Shown here in pieces: positions 51,402 to 63,724 of a stretch of 64,000 nucleotides of DNA. The notes under the pieces are model-generated. The model was not told the DNA's origin. It did not search any database and was given only the letters and a program-made list of their open reading frames with translations. Numbering within the stretch: position 1 is the first letter of the stretch; each line of letters begins with the position of its first letter. Both the position numbers and the translations under genes were made by a program. The DNA comes from Amoebidium appalachense (taxonomy: Eukaryota; Protista; Ichthyosporea): positions 5,210,564 through 5,274,563 of the forward strand of contig CAVNZM010000004.1 in NCBI GenBank assembly GCA_963693365.1, read 5' to 3'.

Positions 51402-52753
51402 GCGCACCACACTCAGGGCCATTTCTATCTGGCCTCAATATTTTTGACAGTTCAGTGGCTCACTTTATTTATTGGGTTAGCATGCATGCATGAGCTACTC
51501 TCTACCGTAATCGTGCGGCTTGCGTTTTCCGTGCTAAGCGGCGCCGGCTGGAGTGACGCCCTGACCAGTGCCCGCATAGATAGCCTATCTATTTCTTTGT
51601 AGATCTCAGTTGATGATGAATTCACGATTGCATCAGATCTGTTATCATTTTTCACCAAGGATCGTCGATCAGAATTTAAAGTGCCAAAAACCTTTTATGA
51701 TTGGCTCGTTGATTCTAATAGCTCAACCTTTTGTTTGTTTTTGCATAAATTCCTAAATTCGCATGGAGATTATCAATTTGGGGGGGGGATTATCAATATT
51801 CAGGATGTCGACTCTGGTGCTTTTTGGTTCATGATCAGAAAAGGCACAAAGGAAGAGGGTGGAACATGGGATGAGAACGAGGTTGACATGTTTCATGAGT
51901 TATTTGGAAAGAAGTATTAGTGCGGCCAAAGCTTTATTATTAGGAATAGCCCACAGTGGGTTAGTTCTACTCTACGTAACACCGGCACAAAGAAACGAAG
52001 GGCTAGCCTCCCCAGCCAACTTTGTTAGTGGTGAGATCCAGGTTGGACGTGCTGCCTTTACCGGATGGTAACTTTGTTTACCCTTCTTTGCGAGCCTTTT
52101 CCACGTTTTGTGCAACTTAGGTTATGCTCTAGCATCTAAATGGATGCAAGCATTATAACTTCGGTGGCATCCGAGCAGCAGTTGCAAACGGCAGGTTGAT
52201 ATTGGGGCTGCATAAGCCAGAAACACGCACATGGTGGTTTAACAGCGATGTTACGAACTAAACCGCAGCTACCAAACAAACTGCAGCTACCAGTCATATT
52301 GCTGCCATGGAGCCAAAGGTCATGCAAAAGGGTCGCTTCACAATTTCTGGCACTGTGCCAGCCACCGTAGAGTCACCCAACGCTAACAGGTGGGTTGGTT
52401 TTCTGGTGTGCTTGGCATCACTTTCTTCTGCGAGCGTGGCTGTAAATGTTTTATGGTTGGTTGATGATTCGTTCCTGGAATGTGTCTTTTCACTCTCAAC
52501 GTGTTCCCGCGTTTCCTTTGCACGCTTAATCTTTGGGGCTTGAGTGGTACCTAAGTCATGTCTCGTACCCTTGCTTCCTAGATCTGGGTAATGTCATGAC
52601 GTTTCTTAAGCCATCCACACTAGAACATTGCCTTATAACAGGCCTAGTTGTTGAAGGTGATAAGTCAGGTATGGCCACTAAATGGTAGATACGAAGGTGG
52701 CAAGATGTATGTGTGCCAGTCTTGGTGTGTGTGATGTATGCATCCGCACGCGA

Positions 52754-52812
<59 letters not shown>

Positions 52813-53133
52813 CGTGCGTGCATGTGTGTATGCGCACGTGCATGTTTGTGATATGTGGACAGGCTTGTGTGCATGACCTAAGTGTTTCGTGCCAATGAGT
52901 GTGCCCACTGGTTTACTTGTTGTATTCTGCTGTTGACGCAGGAAAAGGAACGAAACAGGTGCACAGGTGCCCAAATTTGTGCCTGAACTACCGTTATCCT
53001 TCCCCCCCCCCCCCCCCCCCCTCCCCGCTTTCTGTCCGTTTCTCAAGCTTTCTGTATTTTTTCCTCTTACACATCCTCCCTTCCCCCCCCCCCCCTTTCC
53101 AGGAGGGAACGAGCTGCCAGGGTCCCAACGGGG

Positions 53134-53816
53134 ATGGAGAAATCCATCAGCGGCCCATCACGTATGACAAATTCACACCCGGCGACCTCGCCGGCGCCCA
53201 TGCGAGCGAATCCAGAAACATACAACACAGCCCCGCCGCGGCGCGGTCCAGAGAACTCGCCACAGGTTCCGGATTTTGCCCCGCCTCCGCCCTCCTCCGG
53301 CCCCTCATCCAATCAGCAGCAGCCCGTTCCCCATCCTCACCACCCGACGCCTCATCTCTACCACCAGCAATCCCTCCCTGTGGGTGTAGGGCAGTTGGCA
53401 AACACACAATCGGGTGTGTCTGTTGTGTCTAGTGTTTCTGGTTTGTCCTCTGCGGGTACGCTACTAGTGTACGGGCACTATCAGGGTGAGTAGGGGGGCT
53501 AAAAAGAGTGTGGGGAATGGTGGGTGGGGTGGTCGGGATTGGGACCAACTGCATGGGACAGAGAGGGAGAGGGGGAGTGTGTGTGTGTGTGGTGGAAGTC
53601 GAGGGGGGAGGGGGGGTGTGAGGTGAAAAAGGGGGGTGGGGGAAGGGGGGGGGGGGAGGGGGGTTGGTGGGGTGGGGGGAGGGGGAGGGGGTGGGTGGTG
53701 GGGGTGGGGGAGGGGGGGGGGAGGGGGGGAGAAAAGATGGTGGTGAATGGCTTGAGGGAAAAGGATGAATCACGGATAATGGAGGGTAGTTTGTGAACGT
53801 GCCATTGTTGTCACAA

Positions 53817-53863
<47 letters not shown>

Positions 53864-53930
53864 CTCCCCTCCCTCCCCTCCCCAAAGGCCCACCTCGATT
53901 CTCTTTGCATTGCATGGTTCCTTTTTCTTT

Positions 53931-53963
<33 letters not shown>

Positions 53964-55103
53964 ATATCTGCATTGTGCTGTTAATTGTAAGTCTGTTCTG
54001 TGTACTGCACTTAACCTCCCGTTCTAACCCCCCCCCCCCGAAACTCAGACGCAATTGATGACTTGGGCCCTCCCTGAGGATGGGCTCTGCTTATGACGCA
54101 TACTGTGCGCATGGCTGATGCTGCATACTTGAATGTTTGCCTTTGCATGTGTCCTGCACCATGCTTCTCATCGTGTATGCGTACTTCGTACTGTGTTCCG
54201 CATTCAAACCCCCCTGTCTTCTTTCAGAGGTGTCCTTTCAGGACAGACCACTGTGTGGAGACATCTTTACTTCCATGCAACCGGGCATGGTTGCTCTGTG
54301 TCGTGCATCTGTAAGCACATACGTGTTTGTCGCTGCACTGCATTAGTTTGCACACACATCTTCACCGTTTTGCTCACCTTGCTTGCATAAGCAACCCTGC
54401 TCGTCTTTGATCAAGACGGGTTGACCCACCCAAGTTCAGTTGATGCTGCTGTCTGAGTTGGAGCGTCGTATATACGCGGGCTAAGGGGTCGAAACTCAGA
54501 CGCAATTGATGACTTGGGCCCTCCCTGAGGATGGGCTCTGCTTATGACGCATACTGTGCGCATGGCTGATGCTGCATACTTGAATGTTTGCCTTTGCATG
54601 TGTCCTGCACCATGCTTCTCATCGTGTATGCGTACTTCGTACTGTGTTCCGCATTCAAACCCCCCCCCCCCCTCCCTTCTTTCCGTGGTTTTCTGGACAG
54701 GTGCCCCCGCTGAGAATTTCAGTACGGAATTGTTTGCAACAATCCAAGCAGCCCCTGAGGTTGTGCCAACGCAACAACAACCCACACCCGCCCAACAACA
54801 ACAACAACAGTTTGTTCCCGGGCAAAACAACTCTAATTTTGCCACCCCACCGCCAATGACCCACCCACCCCACCTGATTCACGCCAACTCTGTACCTGCG
54901 TTGGGGGCTTTTGCGGCCGAGCAGCCAAATATCGTGCAGCAGGTGACTTCTAACCAATCGCAGCATGTAATTGTTGGGGTTCAAGGGCAGCAGTATCGGA
55001 ACGGGCCCAGAGGTCACCCCATGGCGGGGCCCGGGGGTGTTGTGTATTATCAGTACGCACCAACACACATGATGCAGGCGCAGGTGGGTGTGTGTGTGTT
55101 TTT

Positions 55104-55134
<31 letters not shown>

Positions 55135-55737
55135 AGGGGGGGAGGGAGGGGGGGGGGGGGGGGGGGGGAGGGGGGAGTGTGGGTGGGTGGGCGGGCGGGC
55201 GGGTGGGTGGGCATGTTAGTGTGTGTTTAGGTTGGGATGCATGTGCGGGTGTGGGTTGGTGAGGGTATGTGTGTGGGTGGGTGGGTAGGTGGGTGTGTGT
55301 GTGTGTGTGAGGGGGAGTGGGTGGGTGTGTGGGTTGGTAGGGATGCGATGTGTGGATGTGGGTGAGGGATGGGGGTGCGGGTGTAGGATTGTGGATGGAT
55401 GGGGATGTGGCGGAGTGGGTAGGTTGGGTGGGTCATTGAGTGAGCGGGTGTCCGTGTGTGTGCCGATATGTGCTTGTGGGGTGGGTGGGTGGATAGGCAC
55501 ATGTGTTGTGTGTCACCGTTCATAAAATACTGTTACATGATGGTGGTATTGATGGTTCCGGGTCTCATTCCCTGGGGGGGCGAGGGGGTGGCGGGTGGAG
55601 GGGGAGGGGGAGGGGGGAGGGGGGAGGGGTGTGGAGGAAGGGAAGCCGCTGGGTGGGGGGGGGGGGGGGGGGGGGGGGCGGAGCGGAAGGTTGTACAAGA
55701 GAAGAACTTGTTTATTGTTTACTTATGTTTGTTTGCT

Positions 55738-55788
<51 letters not shown>

Positions 55789-56873
55789 GTGTGTGTTTAT
55801 TTATTTATTTTGTTTTGTTTTTTATTTATTTATTTATTTTTTATTTATTTTATTTATTTTATTTATTTATTTTTTTTGGGGGGGGGGGGTTGTTTTTTAT
55901 TTTATCATTATCAAATTTTTTGTTGTTGTTGTTGTTGTTGTTGTTGTTATGTTGTTATTACGATTTTTTTTTGTGGGGGCGGGAGGGGGGGGGGGGGGGG
56001 GGGGTTCAAAGCATATCAAACACAATACTAACATGAACTGTTGATCAGCAGGCTCAGTACCCACCAGTCATGCACCCGTCAGCCGGCTATGTAGCCCTCC
56101 CCTCATACCCACCGGCGGTACAACCATACCCCCAAGCAAACATGACCCCCCTACCCCCACCCCTCGCCGCGGTCACAAACATGCCTTCGGAAATGTATTC
56201 ATCTTCCACCTCCGTGATATCCGACCAATCGCAAGCGCCCGTCGTTAACAACAGCGCACCCTCTACCACTGCCACGACGCCTTCCCCGACGGGCGCGCCC
56301 GCGTACGTCCACCGGATGACTAAATCGAAATCAGGGGGTTTTCCTGCCAATTGCCCACGCGGGTTTCCCCCCAGACAGTCTTCTGAGGGGGGAGGAACGA
56401 GGGGGGGGATTGCAACGGCGGACAAAACAGTTTCTGGGATTAACGCACGGCAGGAAACAGACACACAAAACAAAGGTACAACAACAACAGCAACAACAGC
56501 GACGCAAAGGGGAAACAACACGCAACCGCAACAACAGTCCTCGGCGCAATCCCCGCGCTCCCCCACTGGGAGCGTAGGGTCTACGTCTAGCGGACTAAAC
56601 GGCACCAACGTGCACCAGATCGGACGGTTCTTGCTGACTAGTCTGACCCCTATTACGTCACCGACCAGTAGTCCCGTAGCTAGCCCCTATGCCACGGTGC
56701 ACTCGAGCAAGCCGGCCACTGCCAGTATCCCCCATGCGAGGTACATTAAAGAGGCTATGACTAACCCGGAACTGACCCGGCCCGCAATGATCGACCCACA
56801 TGAATTGAGCAGAAAGTATGTAACCCCCCCCCCCCCCCTCCCCCCTCCGCTCCCCTCCCCTCCCCTCCCCCCT

Positions 56874-56919
<46 letters not shown>

Positions 56920-57104
56920 ACACACACACACCACCACCACCACCACACCACCACACACACACACACACATGATAATATCAGTAACAAAACAAACAAGTAA
57001 ATGAATTTTTAATGAAAACACCATTATGGCTACTCCTTCCTCCCCCCTCCCCTTGTTGCTCTTTGTTGTCTCCTCCATATTTCCAACCCTCTAACACATA
57101 CATC

Positions 57105-57137
<33 letters not shown>

Positions 57138-57166
57138 CCCTCTTGATTCAAATACTCTTTTCCGAC

Positions 57167-57200
<34 letters not shown>

Positions 57201-57243
57201 GGGGCAAATTCCGACTGAGCCCACCTGCTCACCCGTGAACCAT

Positions 57244-57294
<51 letters not shown>

Positions 57295-58237
57295 ATATAC
57301 CGTACGCATACCCACTCTGGCATGTACGCACACACATGTGCAAAATCGCACGCACACACGACACACACACACAAATAGGTACAATGAAACACTCGCCTAC
57401 ATGGAAAAAACTAGAAATGGTCGCCTTCGATGTCAGGATTATTGGTGCTAATGAGATAATGCGCATGAGTGCACAGGGGCAAAAAGACAGCCGAATATGC
57501 ATTGTGATTGGCAGGGAGGGCTCTGAATGGCGTGTCCATGTTTAGAAATCCCTGTCTGGATTTTCATCTATTGCTTTCGCCATGCATCCAACATCACACC
57601 CATGTAAATCTCATCCCTTCCCCCTCTCCCCCTCCCCTTCTCCCTCCCCGAAATGGGCTGTGCTTATGATGCAATGTTCTTTGTATGTGCCCTGCAACGT
57701 CTGCAGTGTGATGTCCGTCATGAATGTATACTTCTTACTCTGTCATGCATTTTAAACCAACCACCGCATCTCCCATTTTAGACATAATCGAGGTTGATCC
57801 GCTCGAGGATTCCGAATTGCCCTGGTGCTGCCTAAGAAATTATCGAACTTATCAAGCGATCGAGGGAGTGACGTCATTCTGGGAAAAGTGTGCCCAGAAT
57901 GACGCCACTCCCTCGATCGCTTGATAAGTTCGATAATTTCTTAGGCCGCGCCAGGGCTATTTGGAATCCTCGATCGGATCAACCTCGATATTGTCTATAA
58001 TGGGAGATGCGGTGGTTGGTTTAACACCCCCCCCCCCCCTCCCCCCCCCCCCCCCCCCAAATGAATGTGTGCGCATATTTGATGAAACATTCTAACCTCC
58101 CTCTTCCCCCCCCCCCCCCCCCCCCCCCAATGAATGTGTGCGCATTTTGATAAAACAATCTAACCTCCCTCCCCCCCCCCCCCCCCCCCCCCCCCCCTCC
58201 CAACGAATGTGTGCGTATATTTGATAAAACAGTCTAA

Positions 58238-58273
<36 letters not shown>

Positions 58274-59024
58274 CCCCCCCCCTCTCCCCCCCCCCAAAAA
58301 TGAATGTGTGCGCATTTTGATAAAACATTCTAACCACCCCCCCCCCCCCCCCCAACGAATGTGTGCGTATATTTGATAAAACATTCTAACCTCCCTCTTC
58401 CCCCCCCCCCCCCCCCCCCCCAACGAATGTGTGCGTATATTTGATAAAACATTCTAACCTCCCTCTTCCCCCCCCCCCCCCCATGAATGTGTGCGCGTAT
58501 TTGATAAAACATTCCAACCTCTCTCTCTCCCCCGGCCAAACCCCAACTCCCAACCCCCACCGCCCCTCCCCCTCCCCTCCCCTCTCCCTTTGTGTATACG
58601 TGTGCAGGCTTGATGAGGTTATGAGCACCACCACTCTTGCACAGCCACCATCGGCCGGTGGCTTTGACGTTGCTCCACTCGCTGCAGATGCAAAGGTGAG
58701 CACATATTAACTGCACCTCTTTCCTTTTTTACAACAACAACGATAACAACAACCACAGCAAAAAAACAATGAGAAAAGAAGCAACAAAGATAACAGTAAC
58801 ACCTCCAACAATATCACCAACAGCAATAACAACAAAAGCAACAACAACAACAAAAATGAAGCAAAAACAACAGAAACAAATCAATGAGAACAACAGTAAG
58901 AACAATGACAATCATGACTGGCCCCATTCATCTGTACACGGGACACGCGTACATGTACACCTCCCGCCGACGCCCACACACAACACACACACACACACAC
59001 ACACACTCACACACACACACTCAA

Positions 59025-59056
<32 letters not shown>

Positions 59057-59739
59057 TCATGCACACACATGCACACACATGCACGCACATGCACGCGCAC
59101 ACACACGCACATACACACTCGTGCACCAGCACAATCATGCTATGTTGCTTGTTTTTTGCTTGTTTGCACTGTGTGCTCGCTCATTTTACAACTTTCGTTT
59201 ATAAGGGTTTGTTTGTCTCTCACATCACAAACACGGTGCAATTTCACTGACCAGTTACACACACACACACAAACACATCCATCCCTGCCACGTACCAACT
59301 ATCTGCATAAGCATCACCTATTGCACCACAATCAACCACATATTTTTTGTTCCCACATGATCTTTTCCCACTGATCCGTGCAGCCACACACACAAACCCA
59401 TCCTTTCACCCGCACAGCCCATGCCTATATTTTTCAATCGTGATTATGCACACACCAACACCCCTCTCCTGCATTCTGACCCATCTACACACCCTAACCG
59501 TCCATCCATTCATTCGCGAGCATACACACCCACTTTCTTCCCCCGTTCTTTTCTTATGCTCTCTCACCGCACACTGCAACCACGTTTTCAATGCACGACT
59601 ACGCCCAAATCTATGCATACTTAAGTCAACCAACCTCCACCTCCTATCCATCTGTCATACGCAAATCCATCCGCCTACACTAAAAGCAAAGCCCATTTGC
59701 GCATGCACGCATCTACCCACCGAGACATAACCATTCTGC

Positions 59740-59773
<34 letters not shown>

Positions 59774-59919
59774 TTCCCCCCCTTCTTTTTTTTCCCTCCC
59801 TCCCGCCCCGCCTTCGCCCCTCCTCGGCCTATGATGCATATTCTGTTCGTGTGCTTTACAAAATTTGCATTGTTTTCCGTCATGAATTTGTACTTCGTAT
59901 TCGGTAACACAACCTAACC

Positions 59920-59953
<34 letters not shown>

Positions 59954-61637
59954 ATTTCAACCCCCGCCCCGTCAACCCCAACCCCACCCACCCTCTACCC
60001 CACCCACCCACCCCCCCCCCCCCCCAAAAAAAAAAAAAAAAAAAAAAAAAAACACCCACCCACCACCACCCGTTCCAGCAGCCTGGTTCCGTGTTGCAGT
60101 CCGCATCCGCTCCCGTTGGTTCCATGCGGAGATACCGCTCACCAACATACCTCACCAAACGACGCAGCGCCCCCATAGTAACACACCTAGCGGGCGGCGT
60201 GCCGGGGCTCCGAAACCTCGACTGCGCAAACCAAGTCTTACCGGAAGAACCACCGGAGAGCGAGGACCAACAGGACGGATCAATTTCGAACCCCGGTCCC
60301 GGCTCGGCCGGCTCGGCGTGCGGGTACAGTAGCGGTGAGGGTTCGAACCAACCTCATCCGGAATACAGGCAGGTGCCATATTCTTCGACAAATCCCCGGC
60401 CGCTGCACCGGAGGTCGCAACCGCCGCCCCCTCCACCGGCGCGGCGTTTTTCCCGAACGAAAACATGAAACCGCGACCGTTGAGCGAGGGACAAACCCCG
60501 CCTCTTAACGCGACACGAATGGCGTCCGAACCCCTTCCCCTTCCCCAACCGCCGGCGGCGCCAGAGGTTACGAATAACGCGACGGGGGAGGACGGTACGA
60601 GGTTAAGTACTGTCGCCTATCACCATCCACGGGTTATGCGATCACGTAGCGAGCCACCAACATCAATCAGCGTGTGTCCGCCGACGCCGTTGGTTCGGAG
60701 CCAAGAGGCGATTGCTGAAAATTTCACGGCGGCGCAACCGGCGTTCGACGATTTGCCGATTTTCGGTGACGGTGATTTTAACGGGCCTCAGGGATTGGCT
60801 ATCCAACACGTTTACGAGGAGGTGCTTCAGGTACGGCAGAGGCAGGAGCAGATGGCGGCGGTGCAAATTGAATTTATTACTTGGGCCAGGCAGACCATGT
60901 GCCACCAGCAGCAGCACCTAGAACTCGTGGAGCGTATCCTAACGGGCGAGCCCAACGCGTGCGTTCTCGCAAACACATTTTCCAATCTCTCCGTTGTGAC
61001 CCCATCTCCTGGGTATCCCCTCCCTGCGGGCGTTGACCGTTCCGCACTCGCTTTCTCCCCACAGCCCCCCCCTCCCGCAAGCCCCCTTCCGGTACCTCTA
61101 ACGGACACAAACCTAAACCAAGCCCAAATTTCAGCGTCTGATCCCCCTAGGACCCCGTCTGCCCTACCAGACCCTCTCGAACAAGGGGCTCCAAATAGAG
61201 CCGCAGAGTCCCAAGCGCAATCGTTCGATTTTACCGATTCATTCACCTCTCAGGGGGTGCCGTCGATCGATTTTTCGGCGATTAATCTCGCGCAGACGCC
61301 GATCGCGATCCAGGATCGGAAAATCGAAGAGTTGGCGCAGATTTGCAGGGAGCAAGGGAAGGTATCACGCCTCATGCTCGGCCGTGTTTTGCAGATTGCC
61401 GGCGGCGTAAATGTTGGTGATCCCGAAAATATGATGGATACTATCACGCTTTTGGATATCCAAAACGAGGCGCTGCACCGGGAGAACGACTCGCTGAGGC
61501 AGCAGCTGGCGCTCATGCAGCAGCAGATATCCCAAATTTCAATGCAGCAAGGGGATATTTTGCACGGGGCCGGGCAGGAAAATCCGGGTCCTATGACGCC
61601 GGCCGCCCCTGATAGTCCACGGTTAGGTGGCTGGTAG
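53134..61637 (+). CDS. Large P/Q/S/T-rich disordered protein with a C-terminal leucine-zipper-like coiled coil
   Basis: Exons 53134-53485, 54701-55083, 56052-56815, 58608-58695 and 60079 onward splice in frame at GT-AG sites. A frame switch in 60333-60468 is needed to reach the 390-aa ORF 60465-61637 (..[24 protein letters not shown]..). The start may lie further upstream (small exon 52942-52958). Confidence 0.7.
54040..54659 (+). mobile_element. Two head-to-tail copies of the poly(C)-flanked repeat (54040-54208 and 54215-54659, the longest copy)
   Basis: The ~170-bp 3' parts are identical, joined by a C6 run and bounded by poly(C). 54371-54659 matches the reverse complement of 63725-64000. 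Confidence 0.9.
57756..58020. mobile_element. 265-bp palindromic element flanked by TTAA (MITE or intronic long hairpin RNA)
   Basis: 128-bp arms with 9 mismatches and no indels, a 9-nt loop, and TTAA at 57752-57755 and 58021-58024. Confidence 0.85.
58059..58525 (+). repeat. Seven ~42-bp units (GAATGTGTGCGYAT..TTGATAAAACATTCTAACC) separated by poly(C)
   Basis: Units start near 58059, 58129, 58202, 58296, 58354, 58422 and 58483. Confidence 0.9.
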
Positions 61638-61850
61638 ATCAGCTTTGGGGTTGATGTAAGGGTGTGGTGGGCAAGTGGATATGTCACGGGATTATAGTAG
61701 TTAAAGGTGATGATTAGGCAGTTGTGTATGTTGACATTGTGGTTTATAATGAATGGTTGTGGAGTCGATCGTGGAGGCTGAGGAAGACGTCGGCGCATGT
61801 GCACATGTGCATGTGTGTGTGCGCGCATGTGTGGCATTCTCGAGCCCGCG

Positions 61851-61885
<35 letters not shown>

Positions 61886-61943
61886 TGCGCGCACGCTCAC
61901 ACACACACACGCGTGCGCGTATACACACACACACGCACACACA

Positions 61944-62048
<105 letters not shown>

Positions 62049-62774
62049 CGATACAAGTAAAGGATCATGTGCCAGAAAAGAACGCATGTGCATATCATGC
62101 AGTCGTAATAATTTAGGTAAAGATGCCAGGTTGATTGGGTGATGAATTCAGGCTGAGCGCCTTAGTAAGCAGTGCTGCTCTCGTTTTAAATTTGATTGAA
62201 ATAAACATTTTTATTTTTTTTTGCCTGATTTATTGAAGTTCTGATTCTGACTGGACATGGCAAAGACTTACCGTAATTTTTTTAGCATTAGGCGCGAATT
62301 CGAATTATAGTATTCCTTCCACGCTCAACCTGGGCAGTATATGTAAGCTTTGATCTTTCGTGTGCACGTGCACGTAAAAAAAACAACCAATCGGTTGCCG
62401 ATTTAAATTTTAAGATTGACAGTCGACTCAATGTGCCTCGTGCGCAATACCCAGCCCCCCCCCCCTTCCCCCCCCCCCCCCCCCCCCCCCCCCCCAAAAA
62501 AAAGGGTAGGTCATAGCAGCGTGTGTCATGATATCAAAAGCACGTGTTTATCGCACAATCTTTGATCGATTGTATGCATAATTATGTAAGCACATAAATG
62601 TACACACAGAAAGACACTGGGTTGGCGACTGAATGTTTAAATAGGTTTGGCGTATACGTAGCACATGCATCACGGTGGGTTCTCGTTCGGAATTAGACAT
62701 TTCTTGATTTATAAATGTGCAGGCCTAGAGCAAAGTCCACACCGGACACTCCGCGGAGTGTGTACGTACCATGG

Positions 62775-62813
62775 CACATGTGTGTGTGTGTGTGTGTGTG
62801 TGTGCACGTGTGC

Positions 62814-62895
<82 letters not shown>

Positions 62896-63007
62896 ACATG
62901 TGTGTGTGTGTGTGTGTGTGTGTGCACGTGTGTGTGTGTGTATGTGTGTGTGTGTGTGCACGTGTGTGTGTGTGTGTGTGCACGTGTGTGTGCACGCGTG
63001 TGTGTGT

Positions 63008-63047
<40 letters not shown>

Positions 63048-63099
63048 ACGCGCGTGTGTGTGTGTGTGCACGCGCGTGTGCACGCGTGTGTGTGTGTGT

Positions 63100-63139
<40 letters not shown>

Positions 63140-63195
63140 ATGTGTGTGTGTGTGTGTGTGTGTGCACGCGCGCGCGCGTGTGTGTGTGTGTGTGT

Positions 63196-63243
<48 letters not shown>

Positions 63244-63244
63244 A

Positions 63245-63320
<76 letters not shown>
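62775..63320. repeat. Long (GT)n array with periodic GCAC/CACGTG interruptions
   Basis: Directly visible. Confidence 0.9.
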
Positions 63321-63322
<2 letters not shown>

Positions 63323-63433
63323 GGATTGGGTGGAGGGGGAGGGGGGGGGGGGGGGGGAGGGGGAGGGGGCCCGATTGTGTGTGTGTGTGTGTGTGTGTAC
63401 ACGTGTGTGTGTGTGTGTTGGATTGGGTGGGGG

Positions 63434-63471
<38 letters not shown>

Positions 63472-63724
63472 CTGAGGTGAAAGATCAATGCACAAAGCTT
63501 CACAAAAAAAAGTCACATAATACGGTACCCGAGACCCCTAACTTTCCCCATGAAAAAGAAGTAGCTAGGGGGGGGGATTAGCAGGCGTCAACAAAATAAA
63601 AAGCCTTCGCTTTAGTAAGCACAAGAACGATGCATCATGATTAAAGCAGGGCCACCCAGTCCGGGGAAGGGGCAAAGGGGGGGGGGGGGGGGGAGAGAAG
63701 AAAGGGGGGGGGGGGGGGGGGGGG

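Noticed and set aside
54500-54580. C/D snoRNA inside the repeat (TGATGA..CTGA..CTGA, with partial complement to 18S GGAGGGCAAGTC)
   Set aside because: The guide match needs a 2-nt gap, the terminal stem is weak, and the 5079 copy lacks box C. The truncation pattern fits a retroposon better.
58059-58525. CRISPR-like array
   Set aside because: Spacers are poly(C) rather than unique sequence, the context is a eukaryotic intron, and no cas genes are present.
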